The notes under the pieces are model-generated. The model ran no database searches. It saw nothing but the letters and a program-made list of their open reading frames with translations, and was not told the origin of the DNA. This document shows, piece after piece, positions 29,123-39,201 of a DNA stretch of 64,000 bases. Location: the NCBI GenBank assembly GCA_964464605.1, contig CAYXJN010000006.1, positions 124,001 to 188,000 on the forward strand, read 5' to 3'. Every line of letters starts with the position of its first letter. The first letter of the stretch is position 1. The stretch is from an uncultured Ignavibacteriales bacterium (lineage in GTDB: Bacteria; Zixibacteria; MSB-5A5; GN15; FEB-12). The position numbers were made by a program, and so were the translations under genes.

Positions 29123-30880
29123 TTAGAAGCCGAAGTTGATACGGGCGTAATAGACCGGTTTTTTGCCGTCCGGGTTGTTTACCCCCACAGGCCAACCGAT
29201 AGAAAGGATACCCTTCTCATTAAACAGATAAAATGAAAGGCCAACATCTTCATACGAATACCCATTTAGCTCGGTAGTGCCGGTGGAATCCTCCTTTCTA
29301 ATCATGTTCATAGCGAAATCATAGAAGGCTGAAAGGGCGAAGGGGGTTGTAGGAATCTTTTCCCGAAACTCAAAATTGAGCATACCGATGCCGTTTCCAA
29401 TAATTCGGTTGGGCTTGTATCCGCGCAACGATACCGGGCCGCCGGTGAAAAATTGTCTGTGCAGCGGGAGTTCATTTTCAGAAAGACCGAAATAATAGTT
29501 AATAAACAATGAACCCCCTTCATGCAGTCTTTGCATGCGAGCCGTTAGCATTTCATAGCGCACATAGTCGAAATCGGAACCAAAATCCGGAACCCCGTAC
29601 CACAATGAAGCGCTAACCAGCCAGGATGAGGCGTCGAAGAATTTCTCTTTTCGGGTGCTGTACTGGATCGCCAGCTCCAGTTCACCGTTAACGGAGCTAT
29701 CGATCTCTTTTATACCGTTTGCGAACAGGGTTGAATCGGCGTAACGGTAATTGCGGGGGAAGCATTTGCTGCCGCCGAATAAGCTCCAGAGATTCTTGTG
29801 CGCATCCAGCCAGTTCGTTTCTTCGTAGCGATAACCTAATTGTATCAAGAGCGTTTTGTTCGGATAGACAGCCGCCCAGATCGACCCGCCGACTCGCTCG
29901 TAATATTCGTGGAAATCCTCTTTCGCCAGCAACGCAGCCAGCGTGTTTTCATTGGTCGAAATATTGAAATCACCGGAAGGCTGTAAGCCGCGATAAAATT
30001 CCGCGCCGACCAATATTGGTGTTTTGCGGGATAAGAATTGTTTGGCAGTTGCATGAAGGCGGAGACGCTTTGATGCAAACGCATAGCCGAGGGCAAAGGA
30101 GAGCTCCGGCGTGGTTGAATCCGGATTATTCAGTTTCATATAGCCCATCGGCGCGGCGCCATCGACGCGGTTATAGCTGAACCGTGCGCCGACTGAAAAC
30201 TTATCCGAGAAACTCAGACTATAACGCTGTTTGCCGCGGTGACTGATCGATGCCCCATAGCTTTCTCCGTATACCGCGCTTGCCCGGTCGATGTGTAGCT
30301 TACCGGTAAGCGTAATGACATTGCCGCGCACAACTGAACCCGGTTTTAACGAAATATCTTGAAACAGGGAGACGACTGAACGGTTGACTTCCCCTTCAAT
30401 GGTTACCGGTCCATCGACTGAGAAAACCATCCCGCGTACAAAGTCCCCGGCCGGAACGCTCACGGAATCGGCAAAACTTCTTCGGTTGCCGCGCAGCTTG
30501 GTCGAACCAGGGGAGACTGTTTCCCGTTGGAGGAATGTAACCACCTGCAGTTTCGATTCACTCTGTTCAAACTGCACATCGAAAATCATATCATAGGCGA
30601 TTACCGCTGATCCGACACGTAGACTGTCTTTTTCAAAACGAGCCGTGCCGATTTGTATACCATCCTTGTCGCGGGTGATTGCAGAGAGTTTGCCGGTTGC
30701 GGTTGGTTGGAGAGGTTCAGAGAAGATATTGATACCGATATAGTCCCCATCGGTTCGTATTTCAAACAGCGGTTTGCGCTCCGGCGGAGTTACTGCGGGT
30801 GTCGATTGCGAAAACGTATCTCCCGCAAATAATGCGACAAGCAGTACTGACAAGAGAGCCGGCCATTTGGGGTGAATCAT
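29123..30880 (-). CDS. Omp85/BamA-TamA-like outer membrane protein with N-terminal bactofilin-like beta-repeats
   Basis: Signal peptide, VRGMVFSVDGPVTIEGEV...VVRGNVITLTG repeats, YNRVDG, GGPVSLRGY loop-6 motif, terminal Phe (INFGF). Confidence 0.65.
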   Translation of the reverse strand: MIHPKWPALLSVLLVALFAGDTFSQSTPAVTPPERKPLFEIRTDGDYIGINIFSEPLQPTATGKLSAITRDKDGIQIGTARFEKDSLRVGSAVIAYDMIFDVQFEQSESKLQVVTFLQRETVSPGSTKLRGNRRSFADSVSVPAGDFVRGMVFSVDGPVTIEGEVNRSVVSLFQDISLKPGSVVRGNVITLTGKLHIDRASAVYGESYGASISHRGKQRYSLSFSDKFSVGARFSYNRVDGAAPMGYMKLNNPDSTTPELSFALGYAFASKRLRLHATAKQFLSRKTPILVGAEFYRGLQPSGDFNISTNENTLAALLAKEDFHEYYERVGGSIWAAVYPNKTLLIQLGYRYEETNWLDAHKNLWSLFGGSKCFPRNYRYADSTLFANGIKEIDSSVNGELELAIQYSTRKEKFFDASSWLVSASLWYGVPDFGSDFDYVRYEMLTARMQRLHEGGSLFINYYFGLSENELPLHRQFFTGGPVSLRGYKPNRIIGNGIGMLNFEFREKIPTTPFALSAFYDFAMNMIRKEDSTGTTELNGYSYEDVGLSFYLFNEKGILSIGWPVGVNNPDGKKPVYYARINFGF

Positions 30881-30943
30881 ATTCAGATAAAACAACAGGA
30901 GTTCACTCCGGTCAAGTTTGTGTTCTGTTTATTACTATACAAT

Positions 30944-31498
30944 TTAGAGAGAAAATCGTTGCCGGTAATCGGCCAGCGCTTTCTCGTGCGCTTCGAATGC
31001 GATATCATCCGGCAGTTTCGAAAGGGGGAACCATTTGAGTTCAAGGGCATCATCGGAAGCCGCCAATGTGCCGCCGGTTATATGCGCTAAGTAGAGCACT
31101 AATACGGCGTTCGTTCTCGGATCATCATCACCACAATAGACTTCGAACAGTTCATCAAGCTCGATAATAGCCCCGGTTTCTTCACGCACTTCCCGAATCG
31201 CGGTTTGCGATGGATGCTCTTTCCATTCCATAAATCCGGCCGGAAGACACCACCAGTTTTTGCGTGGTTCATGCGCCCGTTTGACTAACAGCACATTGCC
31301 ATTCTCGACGATAATAGCTCCGGCTGCCGGAACCGGGTTTTGATAGAAGATAAACCCGCAGTTTTCATCTGAACAAGCCATGCGGATATGCCCATCCAAC
31401 CGCTGCTCGACCAATCGCTTTGCGCAGCGCGGGCAATAGGTATAGCCGAGATGGTGCAGCTTGAGTTGTTGAAGTTTCTCGGCGTCGAATTCTTTCAT
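30944..31498 (-). CDS. NUDIX hydrolase with N-terminal zinc ribbon
   Basis: YCPRC...CSDENC and Nudix box GFMEWKEHPSQTAIREVREETG. Confidence 0.9.
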   Translation of the reverse strand: MKEFDAEKLQQLKLHHLGYTYCPRCAKRLVEQRLDGHIRMACSDENCGFIFYQNPVPAAGAIIVENGNVLLVKRAHEPRKNWWCLPAGFMEWKEHPSQTAIREVREETGAIIELDELFEVYCGDDDPRTNAVLVLYLAHITGGTLAASDDALELKWFPLSKLPDDIAFEAHEKALADYRQRFSL

Positions 31499-31505
31499 GC
31501 GGTGT

Positions 31506-33749
31506 TTAGAGAGCGTTTATTTTAAGCGCAATAATCGTGCGGTCATCCCGCGGCGGTTCGGTCGGGTCATAGCTGCGGACATCGGTAACAAGCTTGTTGA
31601 TTAATGTGTCAGGATCGCATTCCCGGTGTGAATGGACAAACTCCTGAACCCGCTGCTCGCCGTATTCGACTTCCTGTTCATTCATTGCTTCGGAGAGCCC
31701 GTCGGTAAAAAAGAGTAACATATCTTCCGGTTCGAGCACGACCGATTCGGCGGTGTATTCCATATTCGGCAAAGCGCCGATAATCGGTCCGCCCGTTTTC
31801 AACGGCTCGACTTTGCCGTCCTTCCGAACCAAGAGCGGATAGTTATGTCCCGCGTTGGAGTAGTTGAAGACAAACTTTTCTCCCTGCAATTCGCCGTAGA
31901 AAAGCGTGACATAGGCTTCCGTCGATGATGACTGTACTAGCAGCTGGTTCATGTTGCGCATCATCGCGCTGATCGAATTACCGTTGTTCACTTCGCTGCG
32001 AATCATCGCCTGTATCTGCGCGATCATAAGCGCAGCGGGCATCCCTTTACCGGAAGCATCCGCGATGACCATTCCCCAGCGATCGTTCGGCAGGCGAATG
32101 AAATCATAGAAGTCACCTCCAACCGTTCGGGAGGGGGTCGAGTGAACGGAAACTCGGAACTTGTCATGTTTCGGCGGAGCAGCGGGGAGGAGTCCCAGCT
32201 GAATCTGCCGCGCCATGGAGACTTCTTCCTGCAAACGCAAACGTTCAAGCGAATCGGCATATAAACGTACACTGTTCAAGGCCGCAACCATCTGATTGGA
32301 AAGTACACCCATTAAATTCAAATCATCCGAGGAAAACCGGTAACTGCCGATTTTATCGGAAAGGGCAAGAAAGCCAAGCAGATTTTTTGAGTCTTTGAGC
32401 GGCATAATCAGTTTTGCTCTGCGCTCATCTAACAAACCGGAGAGTGCCGAACCCTGCGAATATTCATTCAAAGATGAATAATAAGTCGGCGAATCAAGCA
32501 GGTTGATGCCGCGCAGCATAAGGTCGGTGCGTTCAAGCACGACTCGTTTGTCGAAATCCTCACTTGGCTGAACGGCGTATTCGTTGACGGTGTCATCGTA
32601 CAGCACGAAATAAACCTGCTCGACTAAGAGTGTGGTTTTGAGCGTTTCTTCGATAACGCTGCGCAGCTGCCGTTGATCGAAAATCGTAATAACCTGCCGT
32701 GAGAATTTTTCAAGCACATTGCGGTGGTCGGTACGGGTACGGATAAACATTGCCCGAATCAGATTATCGAGCCAAGTGTTAATCGGCTGGAAAACGAGCA
32801 GAGCCAGAATAATGAGTACATACGCAGCGATATCCGCCCGCTCACCCGCTAACGGCCTGAGCCAGTTCTTTGCCTGAAACGCGAGTACGATATAGCTGCC
32901 GACCAGCGAGGCGGAGGCAATCGCCGATACGAACGACTGCCGGAAAATCAGACTGAGATCAAGGAACTGGTATCGGATCGTTGCATACATAAAAATCACT
33001 GCGCCGATAAAGGTCGCCACGAGGGTCATGGTGGTTTTGATATTCGGCGTAACCGTTTCCGGCAGAATCAGCCAGCCGATTACGGCAAGCAGGTAGATAC
33101 CAAGTCCGATACGAATCGACCAGAGGATGAATGTCATCTGCGAAGCGAGTCGCGGATTCGTGACGAACCGTTTGCCGTTTTCAAACAGATACCAGGCGGT
33201 GGCGGCAAAAAAGATATTGATAAAAGCGAAAATCTTCGGACTGTTGGTCCCAATAAACGTGACCAGGATCAAGAGCCATGATGCGAGCTTGGATAACGGC
33301 TGCATGAGAATGGAAGCAAAGCCGCTATCGCTTGAGTAGGCGGCGAGTGAGGCCATTACGCTGACGATTTCATCGAGAAATCCGGTGATAATAACATGCG
33401 CGACAGCCGGCAGGAAAAGCAGATACCACAAGCGCGGGTAACGAATATTGCGATACCGATCGATCGGATAGGAAAGGGAGAACAAAATCAAGCAGGGAAA
33501 AAATAGCTCCCAAATACTCTGAAACCGAGAGAGCATAGAGGTTCCGGAACGGATATCAGAAAATATGGCAATACCGAGCACACCCGACACACCGATAAAA
33601 AGCGGTCCCAGCCCTGCGAAAAAGAGGGTTGCTCCGGCGAGACGGTTCAAGCGACTGCTGAAATTATCACGCGCAATTGCTACCGCCAGGAAGATCATTA
33701 ATCCTCCCATCAGAAAGTAAAGCAGCGACTGTATGAGCGTTCCGTTCAT
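31506..33749 (-). CDS. Membrane-bound SpoIIE/RsbU-type PP2C phosphatase with GAF domain
   Basis: About nine N-terminal TM segments, GAF-like segment, VGGDFYD, IADASGKG, SNAGH, FFTDGLSEA, DDRT. Confidence 0.9.
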   Translation of the reverse strand: MNGTLIQSLLYFLMGGLMIFLAVAIARDNFSSRLNRLAGATLFFAGLGPLFIGVSGVLGIAIFSDIRSGTSMLSRFQSIWELFFPCLILFSLSYPIDRYRNIRYPRLWYLLFLPAVAHVIITGFLDEIVSVMASLAAYSSDSGFASILMQPLSKLASWLLILVTFIGTNSPKIFAFINIFFAATAWYLFENGKRFVTNPRLASQMTFILWSIRIGLGIYLLAVIGWLILPETVTPNIKTTMTLVATFIGAVIFMYATIRYQFLDLSLIFRQSFVSAIASASLVGSYIVLAFQAKNWLRPLAGERADIAAYVLIILALLVFQPINTWLDNLIRAMFIRTRTDHRNVLEKFSRQVITIFDQRQLRSVIEETLKTTLLVEQVYFVLYDDTVNEYAVQPSEDFDKRVVLERTDLMLRGINLLDSPTYYSSLNEYSQGSALSGLLDERRAKLIMPLKDSKNLLGFLALSDKIGSYRFSSDDLNLMGVLSNQMVAALNSVRLYADSLERLRLQEEVSMARQIQLGLLPAAPPKHDKFRVSVHSTPSRTVGGDFYDFIRLPNDRWGMVIADASGKGMPAALMIAQIQAMIRSEVNNGNSISAMMRNMNQLLVQSSSTEAYVTLFYGELQGEKFVFNYSNAGHNYPLLVRKDGKVEPLKTGGPIIGALPNMEYTAESVVLEPEDMLLFFTDGLSEAMNEQEVEYGEQRVQEFVHSHRECDPDTLINKLVTDVRSYDPTEPPRDDRTIIALKINAL

Positions 33750-33775
33750 GGAATCCGGTTATACTGTCCGTTTGG

Positions 33776-34198
33776 TTACTGAATAGTTTTGGTTATGGTA
33801 ACCGTTGTTCCGCTCGCGCTTGCTGCAATGTCGACTTTGTCCATCAACTGCCGAACGATAAATACGCCGCGACCAACATCCTTGAGCAGATTCTCATCCG
33901 CCAGTGGATCATTGATCTCCTGCGGATTGAATCCGTCCCCCTGATCGGTGACGGCAACACTGACGGCGCTGTTGGCGCGGGAAACCCCGACAGTAACCGT
34001 TTTCTCCGGATTGAGTTTGTTGCCATGGCAGATCGCATTGTTGACTAACTCGGAAACGGAGATTGCGATGTCTGCGATAATCGATTCATCAAGGCCGTAT
34101 CCGCGCAAGATACCCTCAACGAACAGATCAACATCTGCCAAATGTTCCGTGTTTGAAGGAACAGTGATGATGTTTCCGGTGATACTGGGTTTACTCAT
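33776..34198 (-). CDS. RsbW/SpoIIAB-type anti-sigma factor Ser kinase
   Basis: SELVNNAICHGN, VTDQGDGF, GRGVFIV. Confidence 0.9.
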   Translation of the reverse strand: MSKPSITGNIITVPSNTEHLADVDLFVEGILRGYGLDESIIADIAISVSELVNNAICHGNKLNPEKTVTVGVSRANSAVSVAVTDQGDGFNPQEINDPLADENLLKDVGRGVFIVRQLMDKVDIAASASGTTVTITKTIQ

Positions 34199-34212
34199 AG
34201 ATTGTATGCTCC

Positions 34213-34246
34213 AAAAAAACAGGCAGGCCCTACGGAACCTACCTGC
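34213..34246 (-). terminator. Intrinsic terminator between the STAS gene and the RsbW-like gene
   Basis: Minus strand CAGGTAGGTTC-CGTA-GGGCCTGCCTG-TTTTTTT. Confidence 0.65.
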
Positions 34247-34275
34247 TCATACGTTTTCTCGTCAACGGTGTTGCC

Positions 34276-34617
34276 TTACTGGCTGAATGATTTTGCGGCG
34301 TCTTCTACGGAGTCGTAGGTTTTGAACACCGAAATCAATTTCGTAATAGTCAAAAGCGATTGAATCTTGTCGGTCACATTGGCCAGTTTCAAATCCCCAT
34401 TGTGATTCCGCAATGTGGTATAACTGGAGATGAGAATGCCCAGACCGGTTGAGTTCATCCAGTCGACTTGCGCAAGATCGATTATCACCTTGCGTTTGTT
34501 CTGTTCGATACACTCATGCAGTTTGTCGTGCAAAAGACTGGCATCGGGACCACCCATGATTTTTCCTTTCGGCTCCAAAATCATAATGCCATCCATTTCA
34601 CGATTCGTTAATTTCAT
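34276..34617 (-). CDS. RsbV/SpoIIAA-type STAS anti-anti-sigma factor
   Basis: IDLAQVDWMNSTGLGIL contains the phosphorylatable Ser. Start ATG 34617 has a GGAGG SD. Confidence 0.92.
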   Translation of the reverse strand: MKLTNREMDGIMILEPKGKIMGGPDASLLHDKLHECIEQNKRKVIIDLAQVDWMNSTGLGILISSYTTLRNHNGDLKLANVTDKIQSLLTITKLISVFKTYDSVEDAAKSFSQ

Positions 34618-34740
34618 ATACGTACGCCTCCACCACCGATATGGCTGTCGCGGCAAGCCCTGTGCGGCCTGAAACGATCACCAATGCGGCGTCATCGGTT
34701 TATTCTCAAGTCCTTGTGAAATCATAACTTCGCAGACATT

Positions 34741-34769
34741 AATCTGCCCGCCAAGCGGGGGCAAGTCAA
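34741..34769 (-). promoter_or_regulatory. Sigma70-type promoter of the STAS/RsbW/RsbU cluster
   Basis: TTGACT-N17-CAGATT on the minus strand. Confidence 0.45.
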
Positions 34770-34815
34770 GCCTTTTTCTTTACTCATCTGCTTTTGCGGG
34801 CGATATTGCCCCCCT

Positions 34816-35655
34816 ATGAAATTCCTCACTCTTGTTCGGACGTCTATTCCCTTGTTTTTGGCAGCCTTTTTTGTGTTCTCCTGCTCGAAATCTGAAAAGA
34901 AAGCAGAGCCGCAATCAGTCGCCGAGCCGCAGCAAGTGAATGCCGCACAGTATCAGTCATGGGAAGTCTTTAGACATAACAAGATTCAGATTCTTCACCC
35001 AAAAGACCACCATCTGGCCTATTCGTTCCCTGAAATGGCGGACTGGTATGAAAAACATATTCCCCCAATATGCAATTATTTAGGCTTACCGGCGTACGCC
35101 GACACACTGCGGATTTACTACTACACCGGCTATGGGCAGGGGGAGGCAATGACCGGACGGGGTTACCCGTTTGCCACGCCGAATGTCATTCATTTCTGGT
35201 TACCGAGTACCTATGGTCCGCCCCTTGTTGAGTTTTTGCTGCAACAATGGAAGCTTGGAAATCAGGAACAGAAGTTCCTGAAAGAAGGATTGAAAACCCT
35301 GTTTGATTATTCAGGAAAAAACTACTATGCCGTCGCCCGGTACTATCAAAGTAAAGATTCGGCGCTATCGCTTCGTCAGTTGATTGAAGATCCTCATATC
35401 AGTGCAGACTCCGAACGATTTCAGTCGGTATTTGCCGCAACGTTTGTCGATTTTATTGGCTTTAATTATGGCCCAGCCAAATTAAAAGCGCTCTATTTTT
35501 CAAATGATGACTTTGCCGACGCGCTTGAAGCAACACTCGGATTCGATGTGGACAGCGCGGAAATATTGTGGCAGCGCTTTATTCAGGAATCGTTTCCGGA
35601 CGCTCGCTATAACCCATCGGACACCAATAAGATAATCGACGTTCCCTTGCATTGA
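34816..35655 (+). CDS. Lipoprotein of unknown function (degenerate peptidase MA/gluzincin-like)
   Basis: Lipobox FVFSC. FLKEGL resembles the gluzincin WxxEG motif, but no HExxH is present. Confidence 0.6.
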   Translation: MKFLTLVRTSIPLFLAAFFVFSCSKSEKKAEPQSVAEPQQVNAAQYQSWEVFRHNKIQILHPKDHHLAYSFPEMADWYEKHIPPICNYLGLPAYADTLRIYYYTGYGQGEAMTGRGYPFATPNVIHFWLPSTYGPPLVEFLLQQWKLGNQEQKFLKEGLKTLFDYSGKNYYAVARYYQSKDSALSLRQLIEDPHISADSERFQSVFAATFVDFIGFNYGPAKLKALYFSNDDFADALEATLGFDVDSAEILWQRFIQESFPDARYNPSDTNKIIDVPLH

Positions 35656-35680
35656 CACGTACGGCAAAAAACCGTATTTT
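35652..35680 (+). promoter_or_regulatory. Sigma70-type promoter of the S8/FG-GAP gene
   Basis: TTGACA-N17-TATTTT. Confidence 0.55.
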
Positions 35681-35757
35681 TTTGAACTGGGACGCTGAAC
35701 ATACCGCCACTCCCGGCGTCTTAACACTACATCGCTCCCTCACTACGAAAGGACAGA

Positions 35758-38700
35758 GTGCCAAAGGTCCGGCGACGTGTCGCATGCTTACTTCCGGTCA
35801 TCTGGGGAGGCCTGTTGGTATTGGCCTTTTCTCAATCCATTTTTTCTCAAATACCAAAACAGTCGGGGCCGATTCCCGGGCGATTCATTGTCAAACTTCA
35901 ACCGAATACCGAACCGGACAGAATGCGAATGGCTTTGGGAAACGGTTTTGCATTGAACAGGCTTATTCCTGCGGCAACGGCGCTTGCATCAACTTCGGGG
36001 AGTGATAGGTGGCGACAGTACTTTATACTCGAAGATGAAACCCAATTGCAGACAATGGCGGATATCCAGAATCGATTGGGGAAAGATATCGAATGGATCG
36101 AGCCGGATTATTATATCGAGTTTTTTGATTTTCCGACCGATTCATTGTTCCCTCAGCAATGGTATCTGTACAATCATGGACAATCCTATCTCGGTATCGA
36201 CCGGTACGAGGGATTCGAAAACGACTCCCTGGTTGTTAAGCAGGGGATAGCAGGGTTCGATGTAAACCTTGCGCCGCTCTATCAATCCCCGCAGCCTGAG
36301 GCAACGAAAGTAGTTGTGGCGATTATCGACACGGGCGTCGATCCGACTCACCCTGAATTGCAGGGGCAGTTTTGGGTAAACAGTGATGATATTCCACGCA
36401 ATCGCATTGATGATGACCACAACGGGTTTGTCGATGATACGCTCGGTTATGATTTATCCGGAAACCGTATTACCTTTTTTACACCGGTGGGGGATAATGA
36501 CCCGACTGATACGGTAGGGCATGGAACCCATATTGCCGGAATAATCGCCGCGAAAGAAAATGGCGTCGGCATAGCCGGTGTTGCTCCGAATGCAGCCATC
36601 ATGCCGTTGAAAATTTATCCGAATGCATTTACGTCACTCGGCGCAGCTGCGATAGTGTATGCCGTAGTAAATGGCGCGGATGTGGTCAGTATCAGTTGGG
36701 GGAGCCCGTTCGTCTCCGGGGTACTTCGCGACGCCTTGTTGTTCGCCCGTGAAAACAATGTGTTTATCGCCATAGCTGCCGGCAATTCCGGTTCGAACGA
36801 TCGCTTTTTCCCGGCCGGGTATGACTCATCATTTGTAGTAGGCGCATCAAATTCAGACGGTGAAGTGACGACGTTTTCTACCTTCGGTAATCATATCGAT
36901 ATCGTTGCGCCGGGGCTCGATATTTTATCCCTTCGCGCCAAAGGAACTGATATGTATGCGGCTGCCGGTGAGCCGGAGATTCGCATTATCGATTCTCTGT
37001 ACTATCTTTCTGATGGAACCTCCATGTCGACACCAATCGTCGCGGCTGCCGCAGCGCGAATTTTGGCGCTGCATCCGAATATGACTATTCAGGATATTGA
37101 AGCTTCTCTGTTATTGTCCGCCGATGATATGATTGATCCGTACGGCATCGGCGATGAGTTTCCCGGCAAAGACAGTATTTCCGGTTACGGAGCACTCAAT
37201 ATCGCCCAAGGCGTCAATCTCGCGGGAACGGGCGGTCTGTTTTTGTTTGAACCGGAATCTTCACGAAGATACACCGCTGATTTCACCGTGAAGGCGGTTT
37301 CATTGCAGGGGTATACCGGGGCATGGACATTGTATCGGGCGTTCGGGTATTCGAAAGAGCCGATGGTGGAAGTAGCCGCCGGAAGTTCTGTACCAACCGA
37401 TTCGATTTTGTTCACGCAAACCGGAACTGACATTCAAGGGGCGGTGACCTTCCGTCTTGTCGATGCTTTAGGGCGTGAACATGAAAAAACGTGTATCTAT
37501 GCGCCGGTGCAGCGCCTTGAAATTACTTCACCGACACGCGGGCAGGATGTGCAATACAACATTCCGATTCGCGGCTGGGCGGGTGGTCCAGGTTTTGATT
37601 CTCTGGTCTTGCTCTACCAGCGGCCGATCGGTGCGCAGCTTCGCCTGCTAAAAACAACCGGTGAGTATTTTGATTCGCTGCTTTTTCCATGGACAGTATC
37701 GGGAGCCGATACCGGCATGTTCAAAATCACCTTACACGGGTATTTCGGAGCTACGCGACTGACGGATACGCTCAGTGTGCATGTCACATCGGCGTTTGCT
37801 CTGGGTTGGCCGCAATCTTTTTTGAGCCAGGGCGGTATTTCGCCGGTCGTCGCGGATTTAGCCAACGACGGATCAAAGGAAGTTATTCTTGCGACTACGA
37901 CGGGACTCTACGCATGGGAGCAGACCGCTGTAGGTTCCCGTTTGCTTGTCGGGTATCCTGTCATGGTTGGAGATTCCGATATGCAGGGAATACCGGCTAT
38001 TTATGATATCGATAAAGATGGCGTGAAGGATATCATCTGCACTAACAAAGATGGACTGCATGCCTTCAAATACGACGGCACATACGTTGAAGGTTTCCCG
38101 CGCTATTGCTACACCGGACAGATACCATACGGTTTCGGATATCCGATCCCGGTTATAACCAAGTTGAATGCAGGGGAAGATTCAGTCATTATCTTCCTTA
38201 ACAAGCGCGGAGAGATTAACGCCTTTCGCTTTGACGGCAGCCCCTATTTTTATTCATTAAAAGGTCTCTATTCTTCTCTTGATCCCCGTATTTCAGAGTT
38301 CTATTCGTACGGCGGATTCACCTGGCCCTGTGTTTCGACCGCTGATCTGAACGGGGACGGCACTATTGAAGTTATCAGTTCGTATGAATCCGGCGCTCCT
38401 CCTTATACCGGTATTTCTTTATTAGAAGGGAGAACAGGGAGGATTGCCTGGGGGATGGAAAGCGCACTCGTGCTTTCTCAGCCGGTAATTCACGGCACTG
38501 TCCTGGCGGATATTACCGGTGACGGTTTGGCGGATATTATCACGGCCGGAACTGATACGTCGAATACGCCGCACGTTTGGGTGAAAACAGAGGGGAGAAT
38601 TGATGCGCCCGGCTGGCCGGTTACAATGCCGAATACGGAGAATTGGGTGGCTACATATCCTGCTGTCAGTGATTTGGATATGGATGGTTCGCTTGAAATT

Positions 38701-39201
38701 CTCGTTTCTTTTTTTGATTTTGATGTCGGCTCGATCTACGCATTTCGCTCCAACGGCCAACCGTATGTTTCAAAGCCAGGACGTCCGACCGCAGAACTGT
38801 TTTTTGTCGAGGCAACGCTCGGCACACCGGTCATTGCCGATGTAGTCGGTGATGAGCACCCGGAAATTGTCGTGCGTACCGGTTATGTGTTGCCCGGTAC
38901 CGGCAATGAAAAGTTGTATGTGGTTGATTATCAGGGAAACGTCGTGCCGGGGTATCCGATTATTACGCCGACAAGCACAAGCACCGTTTTCTCATCGCAG
39001 TTCGCGCCTTTGGTGGATGATATCGACAGTGACGGATTAGTTGAAATTGCGCTGGTCGGGGATGGTAATTCATTGTTCGTATGGAATATGACCACATCTT
39101 CGCGCAACGGACAAAATGTCGGCCGCCTTTTTTTTGACAATTGCAATAGCGGTGTTTATCCGGTTAACGGGCAGTTCCCCGTCTTTCATGGAGGCAGATA
39201 A
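35758..39201 (+). CDS. Secreted S8 serine protease with FG-GAP/VCBS-like repeats
   Basis: IIDTG, HGTHIAG, AAGNSG, GTSMS. Repeated ADLNGDG/DIDKDG/DLDMDG..EI motifs, each with GWP/GYP. Confidence 0.9.
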   Translation: MPKVRRRVACLLPVIWGGLLVLAFSQSIFSQIPKQSGPIPGRFIVKLQPNTEPDRMRMALGNGFALNRLIPAATALASTSGSDRWRQYFILEDETQLQTMADIQNRLGKDIEWIEPDYYIEFFDFPTDSLFPQQWYLYNHGQSYLGIDRYEGFENDSLVVKQGIAGFDVNLAPLYQSPQPEATKVVVAIIDTGVDPTHPELQGQFWVNSDDIPRNRIDDDHNGFVDDTLGYDLSGNRITFFTPVGDNDPTDTVGHGTHIAGIIAAKENGVGIAGVAPNAAIMPLKIYPNAFTSLGAAAIVYAVVNGADVVSISWGSPFVSGVLRDALLFARENNVFIAIAAGNSGSNDRFFPAGYDSSFVVGASNSDGEVTTFSTFGNHIDIVAPGLDILSLRAKGTDMYAAAGEPEIRIIDSLYYLSDGTSMSTPIVAAAAARILALHPNMTIQDIEASLLLSADDMIDPYGIGDEFPGKDSISGYGALNIAQGVNLAGTGGLFLFEPESSRRYTADFTVKAVSLQGYTGAWTLYRAFGYSKEPMVEVAAGSSVPTDSILFTQTGTDIQGAVTFRLVDALGREHEKTCIYAPVQRLEITSPTRGQDVQYNIPIRGWAGGPGFDSLVLLYQRPIGAQLRLLKTTGEYFDSLLFPWTVSGADTGMFKITLHGYFGATRLTDTLSVHVTSAFALGWPQSFLSQGGISPVVADLANDGSKEVILATTTGLYAWEQTAVGSRLLVGYPVMVGDSDMQGIPAIYDIDKDGVKDIICTNKDGLHAFKYDGTYVEGFPRYCYTGQIPYGFGYPIPVITKLNAGEDSVIIFLNKRGEINAFRFDGSPYFYSLKGLYSSLDPRISEFYSYGGFTWPCVSTADLNGDGTIEVISSYESGAPPYTGISLLEGRTGRIAWGMESALVLSQPVIHGTVLADITGDGLADIITAGTDTSNTPHVWVKTEGRIDAPGWPVTMPNTENWVATYPAVSDLDMDGSLEILVSFFDFDVGSIYAFRSNGQPYVSKPGRPTAELFFVEATLGTPVIADVVGDEHPEIVVRTGYVLPGTGNEKLYVVDYQGNVVPGYPIITPTSTSTVFSSQFAPLVDDIDSDGLVEIALVGDGNSLFVWNMTTSSRNGQNVGRLFFDNCNSGVYPVNGQFPVFHGGR

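Noticed and set aside
34618..34740. ~120-nt GC-rich leader of the STAS gene with ACCGAT/ATCGGT pairing
   Set aside because: Pairing is short and matches no riboswitch I recognise. The N-terminal ORF extension to 34656 is unlikely given the SD before 34617.
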